Position numbers and translations under genes: made by a program. Under the pieces are notes generated by a model. That model did not search any database and was not told where the DNA came from. It worked only from the letters and a program-made list of their open reading frames with translations. Source: Phaeosaccion multiseriatum (Eukaryota; Protista; Ochrophyta, other classes). Taken from it: 64,000 nucleotides of DNA. This document shows positions 19,284-32,315 of this stretch, piece after piece. The stretch's first letter is position 1. Each line of letters begins with the position of its first letter. The stretch spans positions 6,448,001 through 6,512,000 of the forward strand of contig OZ218950.1 of assembly GCA_965112735.1 (NCBI GenBank), read 5' to 3'.

Positions 19284-20614
19284 ATGGCGGCTCAGGGTAA
19301 AGAGTTAGTGCGGGAAGGAAGCAGGAACAAGAAGATCGGCCATACACTGCCGCGGATGTCCGAGTTCCAGGTACGGGAGACGGACGGGACTGACTGCGAA
19401 TATGATACATATAATACTGCCGCTGGTTCTACTGCTGCTACTGCTTGATTCGATTCGTCTCCCTTTGCGTGGGTCCTTTTAAAGATGCTCCCTTCCCCCT
19501 TGAGGGGACTCTCTCTACCCTTCCCTACAGCCAACGATTCTCTCTCTCTACCTCTCCCATCTCTTCCCTTGCCCTACTGCTGCACGCAGGTGTGCAGTCG
19601 AGAGCTCTTCCGCATGCCCCAACGCACCCCCGCCCCCCACGGATGCCTCGACCCCCGCCTGGGAGTGTCCGACAAGCAGAGCGTGTGCGCCACGTGCAGG
19701 AGGAAGCTCGTGGACTGTGCGGGGCACTACGGATACATTGGACTGGTGAGCCGAGCAAGGAGGGGCGGGTGGGGAGGGTGGGGTAAAACCCCTTGCACTA
19801 TCCCTCCTCCCCCTTCCACACATAAGAAACATGTCAATCAATAGCCGAGCTCGCCCTAAAATCTGTGGTCGTGGAATCCGCATCCGCCTCGCCTCCGCCG
19901 CCCCCCGCTCCCCCCGCAGGAGCTTCCTGTGTTTCACATCGGCTACTTCAAGCACATCCTCGCCATCTGTCAGTGCACCTGCAAGGTCTGCTCCAGCGTG
20001 CTTCTGCCGCAATCTCTCAAGCTCAGCTTCCTTCGGCGGCTCCGGAGCACGCGGGCGGATGCACTAGCAAAGGGCGCAATTTACAAGAAGGTGGTAGAAA
20101 AGTGCAAGAAGGTACGAGAAAGGAAGAAAGAACGAAAGAGAGAGACAGCACTCTCACTCACTGCTGAGGAGAGTCGTTGCTCCGAGGACGTGCCTGCTTC
20201 GTCCCCTACGCGTCCTTGTCCTTGTTCTTGTTCTTGTTGTTGTTGTTGTTGTTGTTGTTGTTTGCTCGTCGAGACGGGGCCCGGTGCAGTTAAACACACT
20301 TCCCCACCCTTGTCGAGTCCTGCCTAGGGTCCACGGCGTCACGTCCACTCTAGGACCATGCGTCACACCATCACGTCCACTCTTTACCTCCTCCTCCTCC
20401 CCCTTCCCTCCAATCTCCCCCCTCTCAGGCCAACCGCTGCTCCAACCTCGCCTGCGGGGCGTTTGTAGGGACGGTGAAGAAGGTGTCAGGCTCCAACACC
20501 TTGAAGCTCATTCACGAGCAGGTCCTCGAGAGCAGCAGCAGCAGCTCCTACAGCAGGGTACCGTCTCGAGCAGTACCCACGTTAACAGCAACAGCTACGT
20601 CAACCTGTACCTGA
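19284..20614 (+). pseudogene. RPC1: Truncated 5' fragment of the RNA polymerase III largest subunit (exons 19284-19370, 19590-19745, 19920-20111, 20429-20614)
   Basis: [67 protein letters not shown], CKVCS and C..C...VGTVKK...LKLIHE match the RPC1 clamp zinc region. Homology ends at ~20518 and a stop follows at 20612. No catalytic NADFDGD exons appear in the window. Confidence 0.85.
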
Positions 20615-20753
20615 GGCAGCAGCAGGGCGCCGCGAAGGCAGGAGGGGGGCTAAGAGCAGGAGTAGAGAGAGACGAGGGGGCTATTGCCTCGCCCACTCAG
20701 TCTCCTGCACCTTGTGCTCCTCAGTCGGGCCTGCCGAGCGACTCTGCTTCGAA

Positions 20754-21272
20754 ATGGCCGAGGGGGGGGGGGGGGGGCAAGGAGGCCTCGCTGCCGCTGC
20801 GCTGGCGAGGAGTCAGTTTTGGTTAGAGGCCGACTATCTTCGACAGAGACAGTACGCCACTCCGACACCCGCTCCTCCTCATCCTCCTCCTCCTCAGCAC
20901 CAACAGCAGCAAGCCCAGAGGCTCTTGGCCTCTGTCAACACCTCGACGGGCAGGCCATCAGCTCCCTTGCCCGTCGAGGTTGACTCGTTCGAGTACCCCG
21001 TGTGGGGAGCGAGGGCTGGGGGTGGCAGGGATTCTCTTCGGCAGCAGCAACCATTGTCGTGGGACGAGAAGACGTGTGATGATGGAGAGGAGGAAGCTTC
21101 CCCCCCTTCCCCTCCGTCTCCTGCTCACGCTCCCTTTTGCCCTCCAAGACGAGCGAACGACGGTAAAGTCATAACCTTGGCAGAATTGGCCAACGCAACA
21201 GTAGAGGCGTCACCGCCAGTCGCAGCACGGGAGGGCTCCCGCACTGCCAGACAAGCCCACCACCACCACCAC

Positions 21273-21310
<38 letters not shown>

Positions 21311-22738
21311 GCCGCCTGAGGGAAGCAGCAGCAGCGGTTCCACTTCAAGGAGGGGCCGGCGATCCTGTGATCAGACTGGGACTCCGGGGATGCGTGGTCA
21401 CACCCACAGTAACAGCCTCCCTCCGCCGCCGAGGAGGAGAAGGGTGAGCTTTGCAGGGGTGGGCGAGGAGGAAGAGGGGGAGGACGACGACGACGACGAC
21501 TTACAGGGCCTCTCCATCCTCCGCAGAAGCACTAGTGGCGGTCTGAGGGGGCTGATTGGCCGTGGGCCGTCCAAGGTTTTATTCGGCAGGAGCAGGGACG
21601 TCCTCTCATGCAACATCACGGCGGCGGTGGCGGCAAGTGGGACGGCGACAGTTACAGGTAATGGTAGGGCAGAGACCGCGCCAGAAGAAGGGGCTTCGGA
21701 GCAGGCTTCGGCGGGCAGCAAGGCATCTGCAGGCAGAGCTCCAGCTCCTTCGTATGCCAGTGAAGAGCGGTTACAGCAGCACCCGCAGACTGCCTCACTG
21801 GCCAAGCGGCCCAGGGGGGGAGCGGCACTCTCTCTCTCTCGGCAAGGCTCTTCGAACTGTGCCCGGTATCATGTCAGGTGAAGTCCACGGAGAGGAGAGA
21901 AGCACCTCATAATGGGGGGCGTGAGGGGGGATTGGGCTTGCAAGAGGGCGCCCCACACCACACACCACACCACCTTCCTCCTCCTCCTCCTCCTCCTCCA
22001 CCTGCTGCTGTTCCTCCTCCACCTGCTGCTGTTCCTCCTCCACCTGCTGCTGTTCCTCCTCCACCTGCTGCTGTTCCTCCGTTTAACATGCCTCCCCGCC
22101 CCTTCACGAACCCTTGAACAGGCTCCAAGATCTCCGCGGTGGGCAAGCGCCTCACCTCCCTCCTCGATGTGCCTCTGAGCGTGTCCGACGCATGCCGCAC
22201 CCTCTTCCTTGGGGGCAACTCGGTGTCTTCCTTGGAGGGCATTCAGGCCTTCTCGAGGGTGAGCAGCCTCAGTCTGGCGGGAAACCTCATTAAGTTCACC
22301 TCGGTAAGTCACGTCCGTGACGCGCGCTCAAAACCTGTATATGCTGTCTCATTTCCCTCTCCACTTTTGTACCTCCACTTGTCCCAGTGGATCTACTTGT
22401 TACTGTATCACCAACTGCTCACTAACTGCTGCTCCTCCTCCTCATCCTCCTCCTCCTCATCCTCCTCCTCCTCCTCCTCCTCCTCCTCCTCCTCCCCTTC
22501 TACCGGCCTTAGGACCTCTGGCCCCTCGGTCACCTGCCTGGGCTGACGAGCGTGACTCTCGAGAGCAACCCCGTGTGCTATATGCCCAACTACCGCAGCC
22601 ACGTGGTGTTTCTGGCGGGGGAAAAGTTGCGCTTTATAGACGGCTTGGAGGTGGGGGAGGGGGAGAGGGAGGAGAGCAGCAGCCTTGTGCGCAAGGACCT
22701 GGCACTGCAGGAAGAGCTCACTCGAGGTGGGTCAGGGG

Positions 22739-22794
<56 letters not shown>

Positions 22795-23628
22795 GAGAGT
22801 GCGTGTGTGGGTGTGGGTGCGCGCGTGTGTGTGCATGAGAGAGAGTGGGTGTGTGTGGTGGCGGGGCAGGGGGTGAGTCGGTGGGTCAGGCGATATCCCA
22901 TTGGTCTCCGGCTCGGCAATCGAGTCCAGACCTTTGGTGCCGACCTTTGGGGGCACACTCCCCCCCCCCAAACCACTCAACAGAACAGGGCACGCGTAGA
23001 GGAGCTTTGACTAAGCACGCGTGCATCTGCCACACAGCACATACACACACACTCACACATACACACACACACACACAGACGCAGATACACACGCACACGC
23101 ACACACGCGTCGACTGACTGACTGACTGACTAACTGATTGCAGGTTTCCAGCGCGTCGTGGTCCTGCAGCACATGGCAAAGCTCTTCGCCTGCCACGTGG
23201 CCATGCGCGAGAGTCTGTGGGCCCCCCGGGGGGGCCTTGGAGCGTCGTCAGTGCCTGCCCCGCTATGCGTGGAGGCAGCGCCCTCTCCTCGACCTCAGCG
23301 TCGGAGGAATCATCGCCCTGGGAAGGCTGGACCAGATGGTGCGTGCGTGCGTATGTGTGTGTGCGTGCGTGTGTATGTGTGTGTGCGTGTGTGTGGGTGG
23401 GTGGGTGTTTGTGTACGTGCGTGTATGTGTGTGCGTGTGCGTGTGTGCGTTTGCGTGTGTCGGTCCCGTTCACACGCACGTCCGTCGCCTCCGTCCGCTC
23501 ACATCCTTGAGTGTTGTATTGCCGCGACATCTCAAAGACACGCTGTTCGCTGCCTTTGTGCGCCTCCTGCTCCTCCCACCCTCCCACCCTCCTCTTCCTC
23601 CTCTTCCCTCCTCCTCCTCCTCCTCCTC

Positions 23629-23663
<35 letters not shown>

Positions 23664-24014
23664 CTCCTGCTCCTCCTCCACAGGACCCAGAGCGGTCGGA
23701 GGCCCTCCGCAGAGAGGTCATGTCCGAAGGCATGCACATGTTCTCAGCAGTGCTCTCCGCAAGAAGGCAGCAGAAGCTCAGCAACGAAGCCTTGGAGGGG
23801 GTGGGAAGGCATACGGGTAAGGCCAGTGGCAGTGGAAGGCATATGGGTAAGGCCAGTGGCAGTGGAAGCGCAGCCTCGCGGCTGTGGGACAGGATCTTTA
23901 CAGAGCTCCAACTACGACTGCAGGTGTGTAATATGAAATGTGTCTGTGTGTTATGTCTGCGAGGCATGCAGATTGAGCGCTTCTTGTTGTTGTTGTTGTT
24001 GTTGGTGGTGTTGG

Positions 24015-24045
<31 letters not shown>

Positions 24046-24846
24046 GACTTGTTAGATGTGTTGAGTGAACGAGAGTGGAGTGGAGGTTGGGTTGTGGGCA
24101 TCCGGCCTCCTATCCTTTTGCTTTTGCTTTGCTTGTGCTTTGCATTTGACGTTTTACGTGTGACTTTTCTCTGCGATGTGAATGTGAAACTGAAACTGTA
24201 GGAGGACGCTTTGGAGCTGCTCTCTGTGGCAGAGGGAATTCGGCAGGACGAGGCCAAAAGGCTCCTCACAGCCACGGGAGAGGCAGCAGACTACCTTAAG
24301 CGGTTGGGAGAGACCCCGGGGGGCTCTGATTGGGAGTGGGTGGCCCAAGTGCAACAAGGGCAGCAAGCGCAGTACGCGCGGCGCCAGCAGAAGCAGCCTA
24401 GGTCTCAGCGAGGCAGACGGGAGCAGAAGGAGGAGGAGGAGGAGGGGGAGGACGGGCGGCCGCGACAAGAGCGCGAGGGAGAGGAGGAGGGAGGGCGGGA
24501 CGAAGAGGGAAGTAGGGTTGGGCTGCAGGGGGCGGAGGGGGAGGACGAGTGGAAGGAGACGCTGGACTCTGTCAAGGGCTATCTCCAGAGGGTACAAGAG
24601 GGAGAGGCTCACTTGCGCTTCTCACCCACCAGCCCAGCGGGGGGAGGGGCATGGAGGGCAGAGCAGCAGCACCAGCAGGAGCAGCAGTTGGTGATACAGC
24701 AGCAGCACAGTCATCTGTGCCATCTGAAGCATAGACAAGGAGGTGGATGGATAGATAGTAATTATTATCTTTTGGCTTTTCACAATCGAATCGACCCCCC
24801 TCCCCAGCGAGATTTAACATTCTCGACACCCCTTGGGAAAAAATAG
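20754..24846 (+). CDS. LRR (SDS22/U2A'-like, with LRRcap) plus coiled-coil protein. Approximate exons 20754-21877, 22122-22303, 22513-22726, 23144-23338, 23684-23923, 24202-24846; two frameshifts
   Basis: [23 protein letters not shown] and [19 protein letters not shown]...LRFIDG. Frame changes are required near 21815-21840 and 23222-23234, both at G/C or CT runs. The start is uncertain. Confidence 0.65.
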
Positions 24847-24912
24847 CGCTACTCGACATGCTGTGTCGAAGACGTTACTCTGATCAAATCACATCTTTTG
24901 GATAGATGAAGA

Positions 24913-26083
24913 ATGAGGCCCCTTCGAGCGGTAGCAGGAGGGAAGAGAGCTCTCGTATTTGCTTCCCTTGCTGTCATATTCCTTAGTGCCAACGTTAATT
25001 CCTTCGCGCTGACGTATCGGGCCGGGTTTTTGGGCACTTCTCTGCTGCGTCATGGGCACTTCTCTGCAAGAGAGGCGCCAGCAGCAGCCAACGAGTGGGC
25101 TGGTGGACGCAGCTCGCTTTCCTCTTCCAGGCTGTCGCTCACAGGTACTGTCGTGCAGCGGGGAGGCTTGCTGCCGGCGTGCGAGGTCTCCCTTCTCCGA
25201 CAAGGCCTGCACAGTCCACGCAACAGCTTCGGCAGAAGGGGAAAGAGAAGAGAGGAGTCGACCTCCCTAGCAGCCAAGGGAGGATGGGGACGAGAAAGAG
25301 GAGGAATGGGAGGGATGGGGGAAGGCGAGGACGAGAGAGAGAACAAAGTGGTAGTGGGTGCGGCGTGGATGGCGAAATGGGCGACAGTGTCCACCACAGC
25401 CGCGCTGCTTATTGCGACGGCGTTTCCCGTGGACATGACGGGAGCCATACCACCAGCTCCCGAACACGCGCCTCCGCCTGCCGCTGTGGTTCCGAGCAAC
25501 TACGCCGGATCGTTGTCGTCCTCGTTGATGGGAAGCAGCAAAGATGACATTGCCAACGCTGTCTTGGCAGACTCGTTAGGCGTTACACCCATCACCTCCC
25601 AAGATAGCGGTGCAGACTCCTTAGGCACCTCACTTTTATCGTCCCTAGATGGCGGCATGACGTACTCGCAGCGATTCGAGTCACAGAGAGCAGCAGCTGC
25701 TGCCAAGGCGCAGACCCAGGAGCTCACCGTGGTGGGGCCCAACTCAGGCTCAGGCTCAGACTCAGGGTCGGAGTCCCTTTGGCTCAAGTCGGAGCTGTCA
25801 TCGCTGCTCCAAGGAAAGCAGGGTGGGAAGACCGTGCTGAGTGAGGAAGTGGATGCGGCGGCGGCATCGAGAGGCACGGTCCAAACGACGGTCGGCGACG
25901 AGACTCTGCAGCGAACAAGAGGAGAAGCACAGCAGCAGCCCAGAGGCAGCAACAGTGACCGTGGTGGTTCCTCGATGAGGAGTAGTAGCACTCTCGCAGG
26001 ACAGGGTGGGGGCAAGGAGGAGAAGAAGAAGCAGGAGGAGAGCGCTGCGGGGGTATGGGAGGTGGAGCAACAAGCCCTCCAGA

Positions 26084-26114
<31 letters not shown>

Positions 26115-28491
26115 GCGGGCGGAGGAGGAGGAGGTGGTGCAAAAGACCTTCTCGCAGCTGTTTAAGAAAGACGTACCCGTGCTAGGGTGGCCATCAGGCA
26201 TCACTTCGAGGCTGCGCGCGGTCATCCCGGACAAGCTGGTGCCGCAGTATGTCATTGTTCTCATGCTCACCTTGCCGGCACTCACTGTCCTTCTCAAGGG
26301 GACGGCTTCGTCATCGGGGGAGGAGGGAGGAGGCGAGGCGCTGCGGTTGGTCGGTGGGGGGGGGCAAAGAGGCAATGACCGATCGTCTGAGCAAGACATC
26401 TCACTGCTCAAGGGCATGTTGGGCAACTTTAATCAACAGCCGGTGGTGGAGGAAGAGGAGCCACACGCCACCACCGCATTGGTTGTAGCAGCAGAGCCAG
26501 TAGAACGTGAGCGTGCGTACAATTCAGGGCGGCGTCAGAGCACGAAGGAGCGGGAGTCAGAGCAGAAGGAGCGCGCGATGATCCTTGAAGCGGCGGTGGG
26601 AAGGAAGCATAGCAGCAGCACCACCACCACCACCACCAGTAGGAGCAGCAGCAGCGACAAAGTTGGGTTCGAGGACACCCAACCCATCTTCGTCCCACCC
26701 AGCGAGGAGCCAGACCAGGACCAGCAAGAGCAGCAGTTGCTACCCCCACCCGAGGGCGGCGAGCGGTCTTACGAGTACCTCAAATCTCTCTTTGTAAAGC
26801 AGCCTGCAAAGGAGGGAGCAGCAGGAGCAGCACAAGGAGGGAATCCGACGACAGAGTCCAGTAGGAGAGTTTCAAGCGGACCAAAAGCAGCAGCAACCGG
26901 AGGAGGAGGAGGAGGAGGAGGAGGGGGAGGAGGAGGAGGAGGAGGAGGAGGAGGAGGAGGGCGAGGGGGAGACAGGACCTCAGCACCGCAGCAGTCGCAG
27001 CCGACTATTGCCGACGTCGATGACTCCTCTTCCGTGGGTCAGGCGTTGCCCGCAGAGGTACCAAAGGCTGGGGAGAGGTCCTACGCCTATATGAAGTCCC
27101 TCTTCGTCAAGCCGTCGCCAACTGGGGCGGCGATGGACAACACATCCACCAGATCAGCTCGTGAGCGTGCTAAGATAGAGGGTAGGCCTGAGTACCTAAG
27201 TGACTACAAGACAGATGGCGACGGCGTCACTAGCAGAGACACAACAGCGTCAGGTGGTAGAGCGGAGAGGGCAAGGAGAGTCATAGCAGGGCATGTAGCG
27301 ACGGGAGACGAAGCGGGGGCCGCCCGTGAAATGCCATCTCGCGACGCCGACTCCTCCTCGAGGAGGGCAGGGGCAGGGGCAGGGTTAGCAGCGGGCGCTC
27401 CGCCGCGACCATCCCCCGCTTCGACTGTGCTCGCGTCCCAAATGAGTGCGAGTGGGTCTCGGGACCCCAACCTTCCCCACAAGTATCCAGAGACACGCTT
27501 CTCGGGCGCCCCTTCCCATGCGAGCACTAGGAGTAGCGGTGTTCTTCAGCAGCATCAGCAGCAGCATCAGCAGCAGCAGGAGGAGGAGGAGGCGGCAGAA
27601 ACAACAACCGAACCGAAACCCAAACGGGGCTTGTTCTCTGTCGTATCCGCTGCCAAAGACCACGTCTCGCAGCACATTCAGAGCCTGACGGGGGCAGGAG
27701 AAGGAGGAAGCAGGAGGACGAGCGGAGATACTGATGGAGCGGGAGCGGCCCCGCAAAGAGCCCAGTCTTCCTCATCGCTTCCTCTCCAGCCAGGTAAGAG
27801 AAGGAGCAGCCATGCCAATGTGTCAGACGACGCAATGGCGGCCATGGCGATGGCGGCCATGACCACGGAACTTGATGTGATGAAGACGGAGCTCGAGAAG
27901 GAGCTCGAGAAGATGAAGGCAGAGCTCCAGCAAGCGGCCATGGTGAGTGACTGAGAGAGGGAGGGAGGGAGGGAGGGAGGGAGGGAGGGAGGGAGGGAGG
28001 GAGGGAGGGAGGGAGGGAGGGAGGGAGGGAGTGGGTAAGGGAGTGTGTGAGGGAGAGAGGGAGGGAGAGAGGGAGGGAGTGGGGGGGTGAGCGTGTGAGC
28101 GAGGTAGACAGGGAGGGAGGAAGGGAGAGAGGGGGAGACGGAGGGGGTTGTTTGAGTGTATCTCAAAGAGGGCTGTTTCGGAACCTCCCAACACTTGCTG
28201 CTGACAGCAACCTCAACACATGCTCTGCACCCCCCTCCTGCTTCGCTTCACGCTCTCCTGGCGTGGCTACGCTTGTCCTCCATCGTGTATCGCCGTCGCT
28301 TCCTCCTTCCCACGTTGGCGCTCCACAGGACTCTCAACAGCTGTCGGCCAAGCTGCAGGCCCTTGACCGCGAGAACAAGGAGCTCGAGAAGACTGTGAGG
28401 AGGCTCGGGGGGAGGAACACCGTCAACATCAAGGTCAGGGACACAGTCGCGCGTGTGTCTGTGCGTCTGTGTGTGAGAGAGCCTAGGCGCA

Positions 28492-28548
<57 letters not shown>

Positions 28549-28762
28549 ATTGTGCGCAGCAAAGAGATTTGCCGAGCGTGCGGACCGAGCGCGTTGCTTC
28601 TTCCTTCGCCACGGGTGTGCCACCTATCTGGCCGAGTGGGTTTGTTGGTTTCCTCACGCCCTCCCCTCCCCCCTTTACCCGCTCCGCCTTTTGCCACAGG
28701 AGCAACTCTTTGCCCTCCTCGCTACAGGACCGGACAACACTGGCGCCAGCGCCTTGTACTGA
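24913..28762 (+). CDS. Signal-peptide-bearing (possibly plastid) low-complexity membrane protein with a C-terminal coiled coil (exons 24913-27942, 28329-28433, 28700-28762)
   Basis: Signal peptide ending VNS-F and hydrophobic segments ('AALLIATAFP', 'YVIVLMLTLPALTVLL'). Phase-0 introns join a continuous coiled coil. Confidence 0.7.
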
Positions 28763-29651
28763 CTGATGGGCTGACACTTCCCCTGTTTACCCCTGTTCTA
28801 TTTACAAGCTTCACCTTGCGCGACGCCACCCCTCGCAAGAGTAGATGGCGGCTGTGTGGTAGAGCACCATAGGAAAGAAGCAGCCCAGGCCTAAGCAGCC
28901 CAGGCCTAAGCAGCCCAGGCCTAGGGGAGGGGGTTTGCAATTCCTCCCAACACGACAACACGCACGAAAAGCGGCAGCAGCAGAGAGCATTTTGGGGTAG
29001 TATAGTAAGAGGCCCCCATCCCCCATGGCATGTGGCCAAAGTCACCCATTACACACTTATCATCATCCACCCCAAGTAGACACACAATGTTTTAATGTAG
29101 TTCCATCCAATAAGACACCCAAGGTAAACACTACGTGTATCGTTCCATCCACACAGACACCCAATGTGAACATAAGTGGAGTTCCCGCTTGTGCTTGCTT
29201 GCATCCCTTGGAGTTTCTCGAATCCCGCCTCTATCCCAGGGGCTGCCCTTTGGTGGCATGACGCACAGGGTCATCCCTTGTCTTTGAAAGACACAACTTC
29301 TTTGAAATATATTTTTTTAAGAGCTTAGCTTTCTCCCAACATGGTTTCTTTGGCTTTTTCTTGGACCATAGCTACTCCACCACCGCCACCACCACCACCA
29401 CCTGTCAAAATTCAAAACTACCACCAGTCCTCCCACGGCCTCTTCCTCCCCTCCTCCCATCCACGGGGTCCGTCAGAGACCACCATTCACGCCTCTGACA
29501 ACCCTTCGAACAGACTCTCTCTGCTCTATCTTCTTTCCTCCCTCTCCTTCTTCCCTCTCCCTTTCTCCATCTCTTTCTCTCTCTCACTCCTCTCTCCCCC
29601 TCCTCCCCATCCCCTCCCCCCCTCCCCGCCTCCCTCCCCTCCTCGCCCCGT

Positions 29652-31428
29652 TCAGCCTTGGAACTCGGCCGCCATATCCTCGATAATCTCTGATCGCACC
29701 CCCCGATGTGCGAGGGTTCGATATCCGGTGTAGCCAAACTCACAATCGCAAGCTCGCATGGGCCCGTACAACTGACTTGGATGCAACGTAAGCGGGCTCC
29801 TCGCGGCTGCAGCGGTGAGATTCTCCACTAGGACTGTGTCACTCCGACTGCCTGCTTTTGCCACTGCGACGTCCACATCGGCCCCAAGAGAGAGAAGCCG
29901 CTGCACCACGGCCTCATGGTTGCCTGCGCATGCCACCAGGAGGGGCTGTCAAGGTGTGGCGAGAGGAGGCGAGAGAGGGAGGGAGGGAGGGAGGGAGGGG
30001 GGTGGGAGGAAAGAAGGGAGGGGAGAGGGAGGCGGCAAGAGAAGAGAACAGGGGGGCAAGGGCACAGGCAAAGGCAACGTGGGACGAGGATCTGAGCAGC
30101 AGCAGTGAAGGGGAGGAAAGGGAGACATTCACACATACACAACAAGGCGCAAGGTGTGCACAAGGTGTGCGCAGGCAGCGTTCACCCCTCACCCCCTCCC
30201 TCCTTGACCTCAGTCTCTACTCTGCCGTCTGGCTATGGGGCCTCCTCCTCCTCCTCCTACTCCTCCTCCTCCTCCTCCTCCTCCTCCTCCTCCTCCTCCT
30301 CCTCTTCTCTCCTCCTCCTCTTCTCTCCTCCTCCTCCTCCTCCTCCTCCTCCTCCTCCTCCTCCTCCTCCTCCTCCTCTCTCCTTGCTCATTCTAGCTCT
30401 CTCCCCCCCCCTCCATCCCACCATCATCCAGCACCCAAGGCCACCACTTCAGTGCCAGCCCTGTACTATCCTGCCGTGGTGGCGTTCCCCGGCTCCCCCC
30501 CCCCCCCCCACACACACACACACATACACACACACGTACCGTGGCTCCGTCAGATCTTGGCGCATCGACCTCTGCCCCCTTGGCCAGCAGCATGTCCACA
30601 ATCAGCAAGTGTCCGTTTTGACTGGCCATAAACAGCGGCGTTGACCCCGTCTTGGTTCGGCTCTTGACCGAGGCCCCGGCTGCCAATAGCACCTGCACCA
30701 CCGACCTTAGGCCCATCGTCGAGGCCGCAAGGAGCGGCGTCTGCTCCTCAGGGCCGGCACTCACATCAACCTCCCCTGTCCCCGTGCTGCCCCCCTTGCC
30801 GCCGTGCGCCACGAGCTTCCTTACCACCCTCGTATGTCCATGCGTACACGCCATTAGGAGAGGAGTGTTACCCTTCTTGTCACGGCGGTCCAAGGACGCG
30901 CCGGCCGCGAGAAGTTGCTCCACCACCCCCAGTCGGCCCAACTGACAGGCGATGAGGAGAGGCGTGTATCCGTCTGTGGGGCTAGACTTGTGCACTGACG
31001 CTCCAGCGCTGAGGAGGCGCCTCACCACCTCGTCGAGGCCATGCCTACTCGCGATTACCAACTACAACACGGAGAGCGAGATCGACACGGAGGAGGATGG
31101 AGGAGTAGGGTGTTGAGAGGAGGGGGGGTGGCTTGACGCATTGTTCGTTCAGCAGATCCTTGGAAACATGTACCCCCTCCCACCGCCTTTCACCTACCGG
31201 AGTACACCCGCGAGCGTTTGCCTTATTGACGGCCACGCCCTGGGCCACGAGGAGGGGGACGGCTTCTCGTCTGTCGTACCCTGCTGCCAGGCTGAGCGCA
31301 GTCTCTCCATCCTTGTCGACGCTGTCATCCAGGGAGCCCTTCCCTTCGAGCGCGACGAGAGCGTCGATGGCGGCTTGGATAGAAGAAGGAGCCTCACCCT
31401 TCCTGATAGCGTCGGCGAGTCGTTTTCG
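29652..31428 (-). CDS. Ankyrin-repeat protein (exons 31428-31198, 31061-30540, 29945-29652; 5' exon(s) unresolved, probably up to ~31935)
   Basis: About 8 ankyrin repeats: GETALSLAA, GYTPLLIAC, GNTPLLMAC, QTPLLAAS, GSTPLFMASQNGH, GATPLLVAC. Confidence 0.9.
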
Positions 31429-32315
31429 CTGTGTAGGGAGGAGGATGGATACGGGGAAGAGAAGGAGGGAGGGAGAGAGGGTGAGGAGGAGAGGAGGAGA
31501 ATACCAACGCAGCGGGAGGCGGTGGTGAAGGGGGCAAACACAATGCACTGCACCTGAGGGGTATCTGAGTAGCAGATGGGGGGAATGGATGGCATATATA
31601 CACTCCGTGTTATAATTGAATTGCGTATTGGTGCTGAGCAAATCCCATGGCCGTAGGCTGCCACCGTTTGATCCCAAATCCCCGTTGGCAATTCACATCG
31701 TTGACACGAGAGTTGCGAGAGAGAGCAGTAGAAGATGGGCGAAGGACAAAAGGGATAAGCACAAGGACACTGTGGTGGTGTGGGTCAGCTTCTGCTCTTC
31801 TGCGGCTCATCGTTGGCCTTCGTAAAAGAGGTACGTACTTGGATGCGTTTTCTTTGATCACTGACTGCTTGGATCCTGATGACGACAGGAAGGAGAGAGC
31901 CGCTGCGATGCCAACAACACATGCAGGGGGGCATGGGGTAGTAATGTATATGCTTACATACAGCTGTATTTGTAGAAGTAGTCAAAGGAAGGGAGCTGAG
32001 AGGGAAGGAAGGGGGGGAGGGGAAGGAAGGGGAGGAAATTCTAAAGGGGGGGGGGGGGTTAAATCACCTCATACAGGCTGCCGCAATCTTGGTGTTTTGT
32101 CTCGCATTGGATAGTGCATGAGCAGATCGTTGTATACGCCCCGCGCCATCCAAACGAGGCTTCTTGTTCGACACAGTGGGCTCGCGGGGCGGGGGGGAAT
32201 ATCACCAACGGCCAACGCTTAATCACCCGTATCCACACCCATTCGCTCTGTGTGCTACTCCCCATCCATAACCACTACGGCAGACACGAAGAGGACAAGA
32301 GGAGGCCTGTAAAAG

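Noticed and set aside
28878-29170. 3 x 15-bp and degenerate ~45-bp tandem repeats
   Set aside because: Ordinary minisatellites in a 3' intergenic region.
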